DNA of 64,000 nucleotides from Eledone cirrhosa. Taxonomy: Eukaryota. This document shows positions 14,489 to 27,157 of this stretch, piece after piece; within the stretch, counting starts at the first letter, position 1; every line of letters begins with the position of its first letter. The translations under genes and the position numbers were made by a program. The stretch covers positions 118,792,001 to 118,856,000 of the forward strand of contig OZ024740.1 in NCBI GenBank assembly GCA_964016885.1, read 5' to 3'. The notes below the pieces were generated by a model. The model was not told the origin of the DNA, searched no databases, and saw only the letters and a program-made list of their open reading frames with translations.

Positions 14489-14900
14489 TATCATCATCAT
14501 CATCATCATCATCATCACCATCGATTAACATCTAACTTCCACGCTAGCATGGGTTAGACGGATTTGTCCCAATTTAGAGGCAAATTGGGTTCGGTGAACA
14601 AGTCTCGCTCATATAGGAGTGTTTTTGGGTGGTTTTCTAAAGCTGGATGCCCTTCCTAACGCCAACCACATTGACAGTGTGGGCTGGATGTTTTGTAGTA
14701 TCAGCATAATATATATATATATATATATATATGCAAATATCATGATAATGATATACACATATATATATATATATATATCATCATCATCATCTTCATCATC
14801 ATCGTTTAACATCCATCTTCCACGCTTGCTTGTGTTTGGATGGGAATTTTCCCACTTGAGGCAAGACTGGTTGAATTTTCCCACTTGAGGCAAGCGGGTT
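14489..14900 (-). mobile_element. Two short RTE 3'-end fragments
   Basis: (CAT)n tails followed by ttaacatc..cttccacgct.gc and ctggatgcccttcctaac, as in the full copies. Confidence 0.7.
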
Positions 14901-14928
14901 TTCTATGGCTCCATATATATATATATAT

Positions 14929-17801
14929 ATCATCATCATCATCATCATCAACGTTTAACGTCCGTGTGCCACGCTTGCATGGGTTTGGACGGGGGTATTC
15001 CCACTTGAGGCAAGAGTGATTGTCTTGCTCGCATAGGACTGTCTGGCAGGTTTTCTACAGTTGGATGCCCCTCCTAACACCAACCACATTTCCAGTGTGG
15101 GTCTGGGAGGTTTTTACCGTGTTGCGTACACGGCCACATTACAGCGTGGACTGTGTGTTTTTTTGTCGTGACACCTACACGATCTCATTTGTTTCGGCCT
15201 GGATGGTGTGGCATCAACATAACTTTACATAGAAGTGGGTGGTGTGGATGGGGTGGGGGTGGTGGGACGGGGGTGTATTTTGTTAGAGATGCCTACTGGC
15301 TGTAGTAGGTTTTACTATGTATTTAGGTAAGGCGGGTCTTCTCTATTACTGAGTACCGCCAAAGGTCTCGGTCCAGTCACATTGTCTTGGAGAGGTGTAA
15401 GTGTGTGAGGTCGGAGTTTATCAGCTCGTCCCAGGTTTTTCTAGGTCTGCCTATTCCGTGGCTACCGTCTATCTTTATTGCCCTGCACTTTGTTATACAG
15501 CTATCGACTTTCATGCGCATCACGTGTCCATACCAACGTAGCCTTCTCTCGAGTAAACAACATCTGATCCCTCTTATTTCTAATTTTTTTCCTTAGTTCG
15601 TTTATGCTTTGCCGTTCACGTATATTACTATTACACATCCAGCGGAGCATGCAAGCTTCGTTCCTCTCTAGTCTGCGTATATCCTCTGCACACAATGCCC
15701 AGGTCTCACTGCCATGCAACATTGCTGTTCGTATGCAGGCATCATACAACCTGCCTTTCATTTTTAGGGAGAACCCTTTAGCGGCTAATAGTGGTATATG
15801 CTCTCTGAACTTTTTCCATCCAGTTCTGACTCTAGCTACTGTACTTTCAGAGCACCCTCCCCCACTGCTGATTTTGTCACCCAGGTAACGGAAGCTGTCC
15901 ACTATTTCTATAGAGCCCTCTGCGCAGTTGTAAGAGCTAGTATTTTGTGGGCATTTGCTGCTACTTATTGCACCAGAGCACCGGCCACATGTAAAATCTA
16001 TGTTCTTAGTTAACTTACCTGTGATCCCACTACATCTTTTATGCACCCATACTTTGCATTTAGGACATAAAATGGAGTTTCTACCTACGCATTTCCTACA
16101 CACTGAGCATGGCCATTTCCCGGAAGGGACCGCCGCCTTATTTTCTTTCCTACAAACTAGGACTTTAGTCTTAGCCAGGTTAATTTTAAGGCCTTTTGAT
16201 TCTAGGCCGTGCTTCCATGTTTGGAATTTCTTCTCTAGCTCGGCCATTGATTCAGCTATGAGTGTCAGATCGTCTGCGTATAGGAGTTCCCATGGGCAGC
16301 CGGTCTTGAACTCCTCTGTTATAGCCTGAAGGGCAATAATAAATAGTAGGGGGGTGAGAACAGAGCCCTGATGGACGCCAACTTTTACGCTAAACTCTTC
16401 ACTATATTCGTTGTTAATTCTAACCTTGCTGACTGTTTCTTTATACATGGCTTGTATAGCTCTCACAAGCCATTCGTCGACACCTAGTTTTCTAAGGGCC
16501 CACCAGATAATGGAACGGGGGACTCTGTCGAAGGCTTTCTCCAAGTCGACAAAAGTTAAGTAGAGGGGTTTACCTTTTGCTAGGTACTTCTCCTGTAGTT
16601 GTCGTACAATGAAAAGAACATCTCTGGTACTTTTGCCTGACACAAACCCGAACTGCATTTCATCTAGGTCAATTCTCTCTCTGATTAGTTGCGCTATTAC
16701 TTTTTCCGTGACCTTCATGACCTGGTCGATTAATTTAATGCCTCTATAGTTACTCCTATCTAGGGCATCTCCTTTACCCTTATAACAGTTAACGATGATG
16801 CTGCTACGCCAGTCCTTCGGAACAACCCCATTCTGTACGACTTGGTTAACTATCCGGGTGACCATGGTGTGTCCCACCGTGCCAGATGCCTTCACCATCT
16901 CAGCAACTATTTCCGAAGGCCCAGCCGCCTTACCCGTCTTCATATCCTTGATTGCCTTACATATTATACTACCCTCGACTAACACTGCTGGTCCCTCTAT
17001 TGGGTCGATGTGGGGGAGACTGTCTTTCTCCCATTTATTCTCCTCATTTAGTAGCCTTTCATAGTGACACTTCCAAGCTACCTTCTTATCAGCGTCGGTG
17101 ATGGCAAGTACGCTGTCATCATTAAGTACACACTTCTCCCCGACAATATCACGGTTTTCCTTGACACATTGCCTAGCAATCCTGAACACCTCACTTTTTT
17201 GGTCCTCGCGTTGTAGAACATGCTTGAACTTTCTTTCCTCTGCTTCCCTTCTTGCGAAGTACACTTGTCTCCTAGCTTCCCTCCTGGCCACTTGATAGTC
17301 TTCTCTACTTCCCCCATCCCGCCATACTTTCCAAGCCTGCTTTTTGGCCTTAATTGATCCCTCCACCTTACTGTTCCACCACCATGTTACTCTCCTTCTG
17401 CCTACAGGCCTGCTCCAGCCACAGACTTCGTCTGCCGCCATCAGCAGGTTTGCTTTCAGAAATTCCCACTGTCCCTCTATATTGTCCGACTCTAAATGCT
17501 CTTCCTTACTGTCGAAAGCATCAAGTAATATGCTTTGAAATTTATTTCTGGCTGTGGGGTCCTTTACCTTCCATATTTTTCCCCTGAGGATAGTCCTCTT
17601 CTGCTGTCGAGTACGCCTCGTCCTGACTATGAAGTCGCTAATTATCAGTCTATGTTGGGAGGTGCATTCTTCATGGGGGAGGGAATTAGTCTTTACAACA
17701 GACACTCTGTCACGTCTTCTGGTAAGGATATAATCTACCTGGCTTGTGTGTTCCCCGATCTATAGGTGATCAGGTGATTGTCTCGTTTTTTGAAGTTAGT
17801 G

Positions 17802-17803
<2 letters not shown>
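14929..17803 (-). mobile_element. RTE-clade LINE, longest copy (end of APE endonuclease, RT, PHD-like insert, 3' UTR, tail)
   Basis: 734-aa ORF 15501-17705 contains SQHRLI (end of APE), WWWN and the RT motifs. There is a frameshift near 15590, a (CAT)n tail at 14929-14949, and the 5' end stops at a (TA)n tract. Confidence 0.96.
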
Positions 17804-17844
<41 letters not shown>

Positions 17845-17852
17845 TATGTATG

Positions 17853-17890
<38 letters not shown>

Positions 17891-17945
17891 TAAAAAAATA
17901 ATGAATAAACAAAGAAACAGTTCCTTATAGTAAACAAAAAAAGTT

Positions 17946-18084
17946 CATTATTTTACGATCGTTTCTAGGACATATATGTGTTAGAATTGGTATGCATATT
18001 CAAAAGATCTATGTACAAAATTATACAAACTATCAAAGAGAATATACATACCTTCACATATATATGCTGTCTTCAGAAATAATG
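17946..18084 (-). ncRNA. Type I hammerhead ribozyme with long stem II (inverted copy of 21842-21980)
   Basis: Reverse complement of the 21842-21980 motif with an intact core. Confidence 0.72.
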
Positions 18085-18324
18085 ATGCATATTTATTGAT
18101 AATTCAAAAATACAGGTCTGTTTGGGAACAGATTTTAAATAGACCAATGAAATACATAAAAATTCATCAAGAAAGCACAGTTAGGTGTGTGTATATATGT
18201 ATGTAAATCCGTTCACAGATATGCATAAAAATGAATGTTCATATGCATACGCATGTTGAAAAAGTCTATGTAAATATAAAAATTTAGGGCTAATGTATCT
18301 GTATATTTACAATCTACAGACAGA

Positions 18325-18357
<33 letters not shown>

Positions 18358-18927
18358 CACATATACACACACATACATACATGCATACACATACACATAC
18401 ACATACATATACATACACATACATACAAACACACACATACACACACACACACACACATACGTATATATTATTATTATAACTATATGGATATTGAGGCGCT
18501 CACATAAACACGCCCACACACACTTACATTTAGATGCAGAAGTAAAGGAGGTAAGGGAGTAAGTAATTAAAGGAAAGTGTCAAACTCGACATATTTATAA
18601 AAATGTATCAATAAAGTTAGAAATAAAAAAAAATTTTTATAGAAGGAAAAAACTCAAAAACGGGGGAACAAAAAATAAGGGGGGGGGGTACGTACATACA
18701 CAGACGCGAATGTCTCACAAAAGAAATATAAAAAAACATAAAAAAAACATAAAAGAGAGACATAAAATATACATGCTTATATACATACGCACATTTACAC
18801 ATCCATACGTTCGATACATACATACGTACACACACACACATACACATACTTTACCTCACGCATATTAACCTGTTTGTATGCATATATATAAAAATAAGTA
18901 AAACATATACGCATACATATAAATACA

Positions 18928-18967
<40 letters not shown>

Positions 18968-19160
18968 CACACACACACGCATATATACATATATATACAC
19001 ACACACATATATATATATGTACACATATATATATATACATACACATATACATACATATATATATATATATACATTCATACATACACACACATACCCATGT
19101 ATATATACACAACCACACACGCACACACACTCAGACATACATATATATAGAGACATATAT

Positions 19161-19235
<75 letters not shown>

Positions 19236-19449
19236 CACACAGTCAGACACATATGCACATATATACACATACATACACACATCTCTACAAATACATATAC
19301 ATACACATACATACACACTTACATACACATACATACATCCACGCTTACAAATACAAATAATTATTGGGGGGGGGGGATTAAAATTATTAGTGGGAAATAG
19401 TAAATTTATAGGTTTCAAGGAACATAGAATATTAATCTGCAGTTAAATC

Positions 19450-20432
19450 ATATGTGTTTACATAGTTGTATCAGTATTAGGAAATGGTATTTGTAAGAAA
19501 GAAGGCTAAATTATGTATTTTAATATAAGTAGAATATTAATGATAGGTTAATTAAAGTAAAAATAGTTAATATATTAATTTCTAAGGTGTATACTACTTA
19601 GGTTTATAATATTTAAAGCGGAATTTTGAAGTTAAACAGTAGTAGAGTATTAATTATAGCATAACTAAATTAAAAATAATTACATATATTAACATGATGG
19701 TATCAATTTTAGGAAATTAATTTTGTAATAGGGAAAGCCAAATTAAGTATTTCATCGGTAGTAGAATATTAATTATAGGTTAACTAAATTAAAAATTATA
19801 TATTAATTTCTATAGTATATGTTAATTAGGTTTATAATAATTAAAGCAACATTTTGTATTTTATCTATAGTAGAATTTTAATTATAGGTTAACTAAATTA
19901 AAATTAATCTATATATTAATTTGTAAAGAGTATATTAATTAGGTATATATTAAAAAGTTTTTCTCAGTTTATGATTACACGATATTCTGCAATCCATCTG
20001 TATTAGAATTTTAATTATAAGCTAACTAAATTAAAATTATAGGTTAACTAAATTAAAATTAATTTATATATTAATTTCTAAATTGTATATTAATTAGGTT
20101 TATAATATTAAAAAGTATTTCTCCGTCATTAATTACACGATATTTTGTTGTATTTCATCTGTAAAAGAATTTTAATAAAAGGTTAAATAAACTAAAATTA
20201 ATCTATATATTAATTTCCAAAGTATATATTAATTATGTTAATAATATTTAAATGTTTTTCACAGTTTATGATTATACGATATTTTTTAATTTCATCTGTA
20301 GTAGAATTTTAATTAAATTAAAATTATAGGTTAACTACATTAAAATTAATTTATATATTAATTTCTAAAATATATATTATTAATTAGGTTTATAATATTT
20401 AAATGTTTTTCTGAGAAAAACATTTAACTGCA
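19450..20432. repeat. Degenerate AT-rich tandem repeat (~120-140-bp unit)
   Basis: Recurring gtagtagaat(a/t)ttaattataggttaactaaattaaaatta...taattaggtttataata, about 7 copies. Confidence 0.75.
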
Positions 20433-20654
20433 GATTTAACTGCAGATTAATATTCTATGTTCCTTGAAACCTATATATTTACTATTTCCCACTAATAATT
20501 TTAATCCCCCTTCCCCCCCCAATAATTATTTGTATTTGTAAGCGTGGATGTATGTATGTGTATGTAAGTGTGTATGTATGTATGTGTATGTATATGTATT
20601 TGTAGAGATGTGTGTATGTATGTGTATATATGTGCATATGTGTCTGACTGTGTG

Positions 20655-20721
<67 letters not shown>

Positions 20722-20924
20722 CTATATATATATATGTGTATATATGTCTCTATATATATGTATGTCTGAGTGTGTGTGTGTGGTTGTGTATATATACATG
20801 GGTATGTGTGTGTGTGTATGTATGTATGTATATATATATATGTATGTATATGTGTATGTATATATATATATGTGTATATATATATATATGTGTGTGTGTA
20901 TATATATGTATATATGTGTGTGTG

Positions 20925-20974
<50 letters not shown>

Positions 20975-21540
20975 TGTATTTATATGTATGCGTATATGTT
21001 TTACTTATTTTTATGTATATGCATACAAACAGGTTAATATGCGTGAGGTTAAGTATGTGTATGTGTGTGTGTACGTATGTATGTATCGAACGTATGGATG
21101 TGTAAATGTGCGTATGTATATAAGCATGTATATTTTATGTCTCTCTTTTATGTTTTTTTTATGTTTTTTTATAATTCTTTTGTGAGACATTCGCGTCTGT
21201 GTATGTACGTACCCCCCCCCCCCTTATTTTTTGTTCCCCCGTTTTTGAGTTTTTTCCTTCTATAAAAAATTTTTTTTATTTCTAACTTTATGGATACATT
21301 TTTATAAATATGTCGAGTTTGACACTTTCCTTTAATTACTTACTCCCTTATATCCTTTACTTCTGCATCTAAATGTAAGTGTGTGTGGGCGTGTTTATGT
21401 GAGCGCCTCAATATCCATATAGTTATAATAATAATATATACGTATGTGTGTGTGTGTGTGTGTGTATGTGTGTGTTTGTATGTATGTGTATGTATATGTA
21501 TGTGTATGTGTATGCATGTATGTATGTGTGTGTATGTGTG

Positions 21541-21592
<52 letters not shown>

Positions 21593-21841
21593 TATATATA
21601 TTCTGTCTGTAGATTGTAAACATACAGATACATTAGCCCTAAATTTTTATATTTACATACACTTTTTCAACATGCGTATGCATATGAACATACATTTTCA
21701 TGCATATCTGTGAACGGATTTACATACATATATACACACACCTAACTGTATTTTCTTGATGAATTTTTATGTATTTCATTGGTCTATTTAAAATCTGTTC
21801 CCAAACAGACCCGTATTTTTGAATTATCAATAAATATGCAT

Positions 21842-21980
21842 CATTATTTCTGAAGACAGCATATATATGTGAAGGTATGTATATTCTCTTTGATAGTTTG
21901 TATAATTTTGTACATAGATCTTTTGAATATGCATACTAATTCTAACACATATATGTCCTAGAAACGATCGTAAAATAATG
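21842..21980 (+). ncRNA. Type I hammerhead ribozyme with long stem II
   Basis: cattattt-CTGAAGA-[cagcatatatatgtg...cacatatatgtccta]-GAAA-cgatcg-TA-aaataatg. Stem I is 8 bp, stem III is palindromic and the cleavage triplet is GUA. Confidence 0.75.
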
Positions 21981-22272
21981 AACTTTTTTTGTTTAATATA
22001 AGGAACTGTTTCTTTGTTTATTCATTATTTTTTTTATATTTTATCTTGACTCTGTATTCCGTTTATCTTTCACCGAAAGTGATTTTTGAATGCATCTCTT
22101 CTTTTCATGATATCCGGATTACATTGAGTTCTTCATACGGATTGAACACTACCGTAAACTTTTGGTAGATTTATCTACATATATATATATATATAAGTAT
22201 GTATGTATGTACATATATATATATATATATGTATGTATGTATGTACATATATATATATATGTATGTATGTAC

Positions 22273-22586
<314 letters not shown>

Positions 22587-22663
22587 ACAAATACCATGTA
22601 TATTTAATATACATACAAATCTCATACATATACACTTCTTATATATACACACACATATATATA

Positions 22664-23630
22664 TCATCAACATCATCATTTAACATCCATCATTCATGGG
22701 TAGGACAGATTGACCCTTAGGGGAAAACAGGTCAGAGATCCATGTTTAGCTCACCCAGGGCAGATTTGGCTTGGTTTTTATAGCTGGGTGCCCTTCCTAC
22801 CATCAACCACATTTATAGCGTGTGCTGGGTGCTTTTTGACAATTTTACCTGCACGACAACATTACAGTTTGTACTGGGCACTTTTTGTCGTGACACGACA
22901 CAACCACTTTACAGTGTGGACTGGGCATCTTTGTCATGTGACTGACACAACCACTCTAGAGTGGGGCCAGGGCACTTTCGTCTTGGGACTAGGAAAGGGG
23001 GAGGAAGCTTGGGGAAATTGTGGACAGGGTAGTTGGGGAGGTATGGCTACCAAGGGAGGTGAATGAGAGGATAGGAGGTTGAGGAAGAAAGGTTGAGGAA
23101 GGGGTTACCTACTAGGTATATACCTGAACCTGAAAATAATAGAGGGATGGTCTTCTGTAAAACTGCGTAGTGCCAGAGGTTGCAGTCCTGTTTCATTGCC
23201 TTTGAAAGGTGTAATTGTGCAAGGTCAGCTTTTATTACATCATCCTTAGACTGCCTAGACCTGCCCACACCATGGCTACCATCAACTCTCATCACTCGGC
23301 ACCTTATTATACAGCTGTCATCCTTTATATGCATCACGTGTCCATACTGCTAATGCAATCTCCTCTCCTGCACACAACAATTGATCTCTCTTATGCCTAA
23401 TTCCTCATACAGTATATCTATACTTTGCCATTCACATATATTGCTATTGCACATTCAGCAAATCATGGAGGCTTCATTTATTTCCAATCTTCGCAGGTCC
23501 ACAGCAAACAGTGCCCAGCTCTCGCTGCAGTGCGAAATTTTATAATATATACATGTATAATACAATCTGCCTTTCATTTTGAGAGAAAACCCTTTTGTAG
23601 TTAGCTCCCCGAACTTTCACCAACCCGATC
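22664..23630 (-). mobile_element. Decayed RTE LINE 3' portion
   Basis: MMHIKDDSCIIRCRVMRVDGSHGVGR ORF remnant plus 3' UTR motifs. Confidence 0.8.
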
Positions 23631-23800
23631 TAGATTAGTTATATAGATATATAACTAAAGATGGTTTTCCAATGTGGATCGGGAAGAAACCATTGTTTAA
23701 TAAGCATGTCAATTTTATATAGGAATGATGTCTAGAGGACTAAAACTGTTTTATCTGTATGAAACCATCAGGAATGTCCTGATGATTTCATATATATATA

Positions 23801-24979
23801 TAGTAGCTGGCCCATCCGGCTGGCGCCCGGAGGGGTATACCTGCCCCCACCACACCACTGGAAAGATACCAGACACCCTCACGTGTCACATTGTCCTTCC
23901 AACTCTCTCTCTCTTAACTAACACTTTATGTATCTCTGTCTGTCTAACGGCCTATCTCTCTCTTCCCCCCCCCCCCCTCTGTTTTTCTGTCTCTCTCTGT
24001 AGATGTGTGTGTGTGTAGTTTTCCTAATCTTTCTCTAAATCTCTCTCTCTCTCTCTATGTGTATATATTGAAGGGAGATACGGAAACTAAAACAGTGTTG
24101 TCATATAGAGAGTGAAGAGTGACAGAGAGAGTAAAGCAGTTAAATTATAGAGAGGGGGAATGATCTTACACACGTACATACATACATGGTGGCTGCCAAC
24201 TCGTTTTCGAGTACGGCCACTACTTTATATCCATGTAGGGGAGCCACTACCGATGCGCTGAACCAGTGTGGCTTTTTAGTCCAGCCAGCGACTTGAAAAC
24301 TCTGGTACAAATACTACACTTGTGACAATTATTGACACATAGTGCTGGGCCCATGGTACCATGTGACGACAAGTGCAGAGAGATCTCCAGATATAAAGCA
24401 ATGCCTGTGCCGTGAAGCTTTTATAGTGAGCAAAGGCACTTCACAAAGCCAGTCCCACTCTCTTAACCAAGATGATATTTACCAAAAGAAGAACAAGTCA
24501 ACATCATTGGATACCATCAGGGATGCAGGTGTTATATCAGAGTTTTCCTTCTCCTAGAATTCTGTCTTGACAAAGGCTAAGGGGTCATCTCTCCCAGTGA
24601 TTTTGGATGGCCATTGACTCTTATGAGCTCCTTTGCTCTTTGACAGGTTTTGTTTTTAGTCCTGCAGGATGTCCAAAGTCACCCTCCTCACCAAGAAACC
24701 TTGGTAGGGTTGCCAGTTTAGTCACCAACGACCCAACCATGAGACAGGTTGTACTGGGACACATGTTACCAGTAGCACCAACTGGTGACCTGACATATAT
24801 ACATACATACATACATATAAAGTATAGATATGTGTGTGTGTGTTTGTGTATGTGAATGTGTGTTTGTGCATGTGTGTGTCTGTGTCTTTTGTTTTGATGT
24901 TATCCGGCAATTGGCGAAATCAGGTGTGAAAGTATGTGTATTTGTGTGTGCGTGCGTGCGTGCGTGCGTGTGTGCGTGC

Positions 24980-25020
<41 letters not shown>

Positions 25021-26134
25021 TCTGTGTGTGTGTGTATGTGTGTGTGTGTATGTGTGTGTGTGTGTGTGTTACTTATGTGAGCGACGACAGAAAAAGTGTG
25101 TGGGATACATACATTATTATATTTGTCTGTATTTTCGTTCTGCAACCATTATATTATGATATTTGTATCCAAATGATTTTAGATGTATGTATTACCTTCT
25201 TGCTCGTCCCTCTGTTTCTCTTTCCCTGTCTTTCTCTCGCTCTCTCTTTCCTCTCTCCTCTCTCTCTCTCTCTCTCCTCTTTCCTCTCTCTCTCTCTCTC
25301 TCTCTCCTCTCTCTTCTCTCTCTCTCTCTTTAGATGTGTGTGTGTGTGTAGTTTTCTTAATCTGTCTCTTTCACTCTCTGTCTCTCTAAGAGGGTTGCCT
25401 TTTTATGTATGTATTACCTGCTTGAGTGTTGACCGAATTTGAAGGAGGTTATCCTTTTGAAATAAACATACATACGACGCTCATCTCTATGTTGATATAT
25501 GATATAAATAATGAGATTTATGAGTTAATATCTGTATACAACAACTACAACGGTACGCGATGGGACCCATCCACAGCCCCGGTGGACAGAATGGAGAAGG
25601 TGTTTCCCCGGAGGACGGCAAGGGAGACGCGTTGGAAAAGCCACTCCAACTCACGGTCTCACACCTGCGGTTGGGCAGCTCAGCGCCTATGGTGGTGAGT
25701 AAGGTGGTAGCCGTGGTGCCAAGGACTCCAGAAGTCTCCACTGACAAGAGTACGACCGCAAACCTATCGGAGAGCGACCGGTATTTGAGGAGTTTGGCCC
25801 CATCAGCCTGACGTGCAGCAGAACCTGGGTATATGTTGATATATTGAAGGTAGATACGGAAAGTAAAAAAGTGTTGTCATATAGAGAGTGAAGAGAGACG
25901 GAGAGTAAAGCAGTTAAATTATAGAGAGGGTAAAATAGGGAGAGAGAGAGACAACATTCAGCTTTATAATATTTGAGACTGAAGAGCGACAGAGAGCGTA
26001 AATCAGTTAAATTATAGAGAGGGGGAATTATCTATTATAGAGAGAGGGGAGAGCGATAGAGAGAGTAAAGGTAAGAAACTATAGGGAGGTGTGTAGGATA
26101 CATACATAATACATACACACGACACGCAGCTTTA

Positions 26135-26140
<6 letters not shown>
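23801..26140 (-). mobile_element. Possible non-autonomous Helitron-like element with internal duplications, interrupted by a later insertion
   Basis: tagtagctggcccatccggctggcgcccgg resembles a decayed 3' CTAG plus hairpin end. Block 24063-24160 is duplicated at 25840-25930. The other end reads cagctttataatatta. Termini are imperfect. Confidence 0.3.
24186..24795 (-). mobile_element. ~610-bp bipartite non-autonomous RTE derivative, copy 1
   Basis: Second copy at 30463-31073 with the same ends. The minus strand has the RTE/BovB-like 5' UTR motif ctaggagaaggaaaactctga and a terminal C2H2 remnant [22 protein letters not shown]. Confidence 0.7.
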
Positions 26141-26202
<62 letters not shown>

Positions 26203-26204
26203 AG

Positions 26205-26405
26205 AAATCCCAGTAGAAGGAAGACGCAGTAGAGGAAGACAATGAAACACATGGGCGGAAGTGGTGAGAGCAGATCTCAGATCGCTGAAGCTCACAGAGG
26301 AGTTGACAAAGGACCGTGACAAGTGGGGAGATGCTGTGCTGAATAGGACCCATCCCACCCTAGCAAGCAGGGAAAAGCGGACATAAAATGATGATGATGA
26401 TGATG
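26205..26405 (+). mobile_element. RTE 3'-end fragment
   Basis: RGRQ*NTWAEVVRADLRSLKLTEELTKDRDKWGDAVL followed by cccaccctagcaagcagggaaaagcggac and (GAT)n. Confidence 0.75.
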
Positions 26406-26454
26406 TTATATATATATATATATATATAAATATAGTTTCCATTTATTAATATCG

Positions 26455-26518
<64 letters not shown>

Positions 26519-27013
26519 TATGTATGTATATATACATGTACATACATATATACACACTACCACATATATACACACTCAGCCTCCGGAATCCTCTTCCCCC
26601 CTCCCCCACCCCCCTTACCCCTCCCCATCCAAACGCGCACGCACACACCGACCTACACCCCACCTCACAAACACACCTTTTCCTGAACATGGAAGCTCGT
26701 TCTTCCCCCAACTCTCACATCCACATACACACACACACGTACACCTACACACATACACCACTTTCAGCCCTCCCCGCTCGGACACCCTGCCACCACCCCT
26801 ACACGCCCCACACCCTTCCACCACTTGTTTATCTTCATGTTTATTTTTATTTTTTTTATATTTATTTTTATTTGTACCCCTTCCACCGTCCCCCCTTTTT
26901 TTTAAATGTCTCTCCTCCACTCCCTTACACACCCTCGGAACTCTCTTCCCACACACTTTTCGCCTGAAGAAGTTTTATGCCCGAAACGTCCCCCTCCTTC
27001 TCTCAAGGGCGTG

Positions 27014-27067
27014 AAACTAATAAACCTTTGTTCGTACTGCCTCTCTGTTTTGTTCCCGTTCCAGTTT

Positions 27068-27103
<36 letters not shown>

Positions 27104-27157
27104 AAACTGGAACGGGAACAAAACAGAGAGGCAGTACGAACAAAGGTTTATTAGTTT
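27014..27157. repeat. Perfect 144-bp palindrome: 58-bp arms around (TA)14
   Basis: 27014-27071 is the exact reverse complement of 27100-27157. Confidence 0.95.

Larger units (their letters stand above)
17882..22187. mobile_element. Non-coding PLE-like insertion: ~1.6-kb inverted repeats (17882-19449 / 20433-22044), AT-rich spacer and a 3' tail
   Basis: The arms are reverse complements apart from microsatellite length and scattered substitutions. Each arm has an HHR, a unique tail runs 22045-22187, and (TA)n flanks both sides. Confidence 0.8.

Noticed and set aside
11399-17590. Recurrent antisense ORFs over the RTE copies (e.g. MLCRSRILLLHIQRS...)
   Set aside because: They are shadows of the RT frame, repeated only because the LINE is repeated. 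No independent motif.
25550-25830. GC-rich island with short ORFs on both strands
   Set aside because: No recognisable domain or RNA fold. It lies within a probable repeat element, so I cannot support a gene call.
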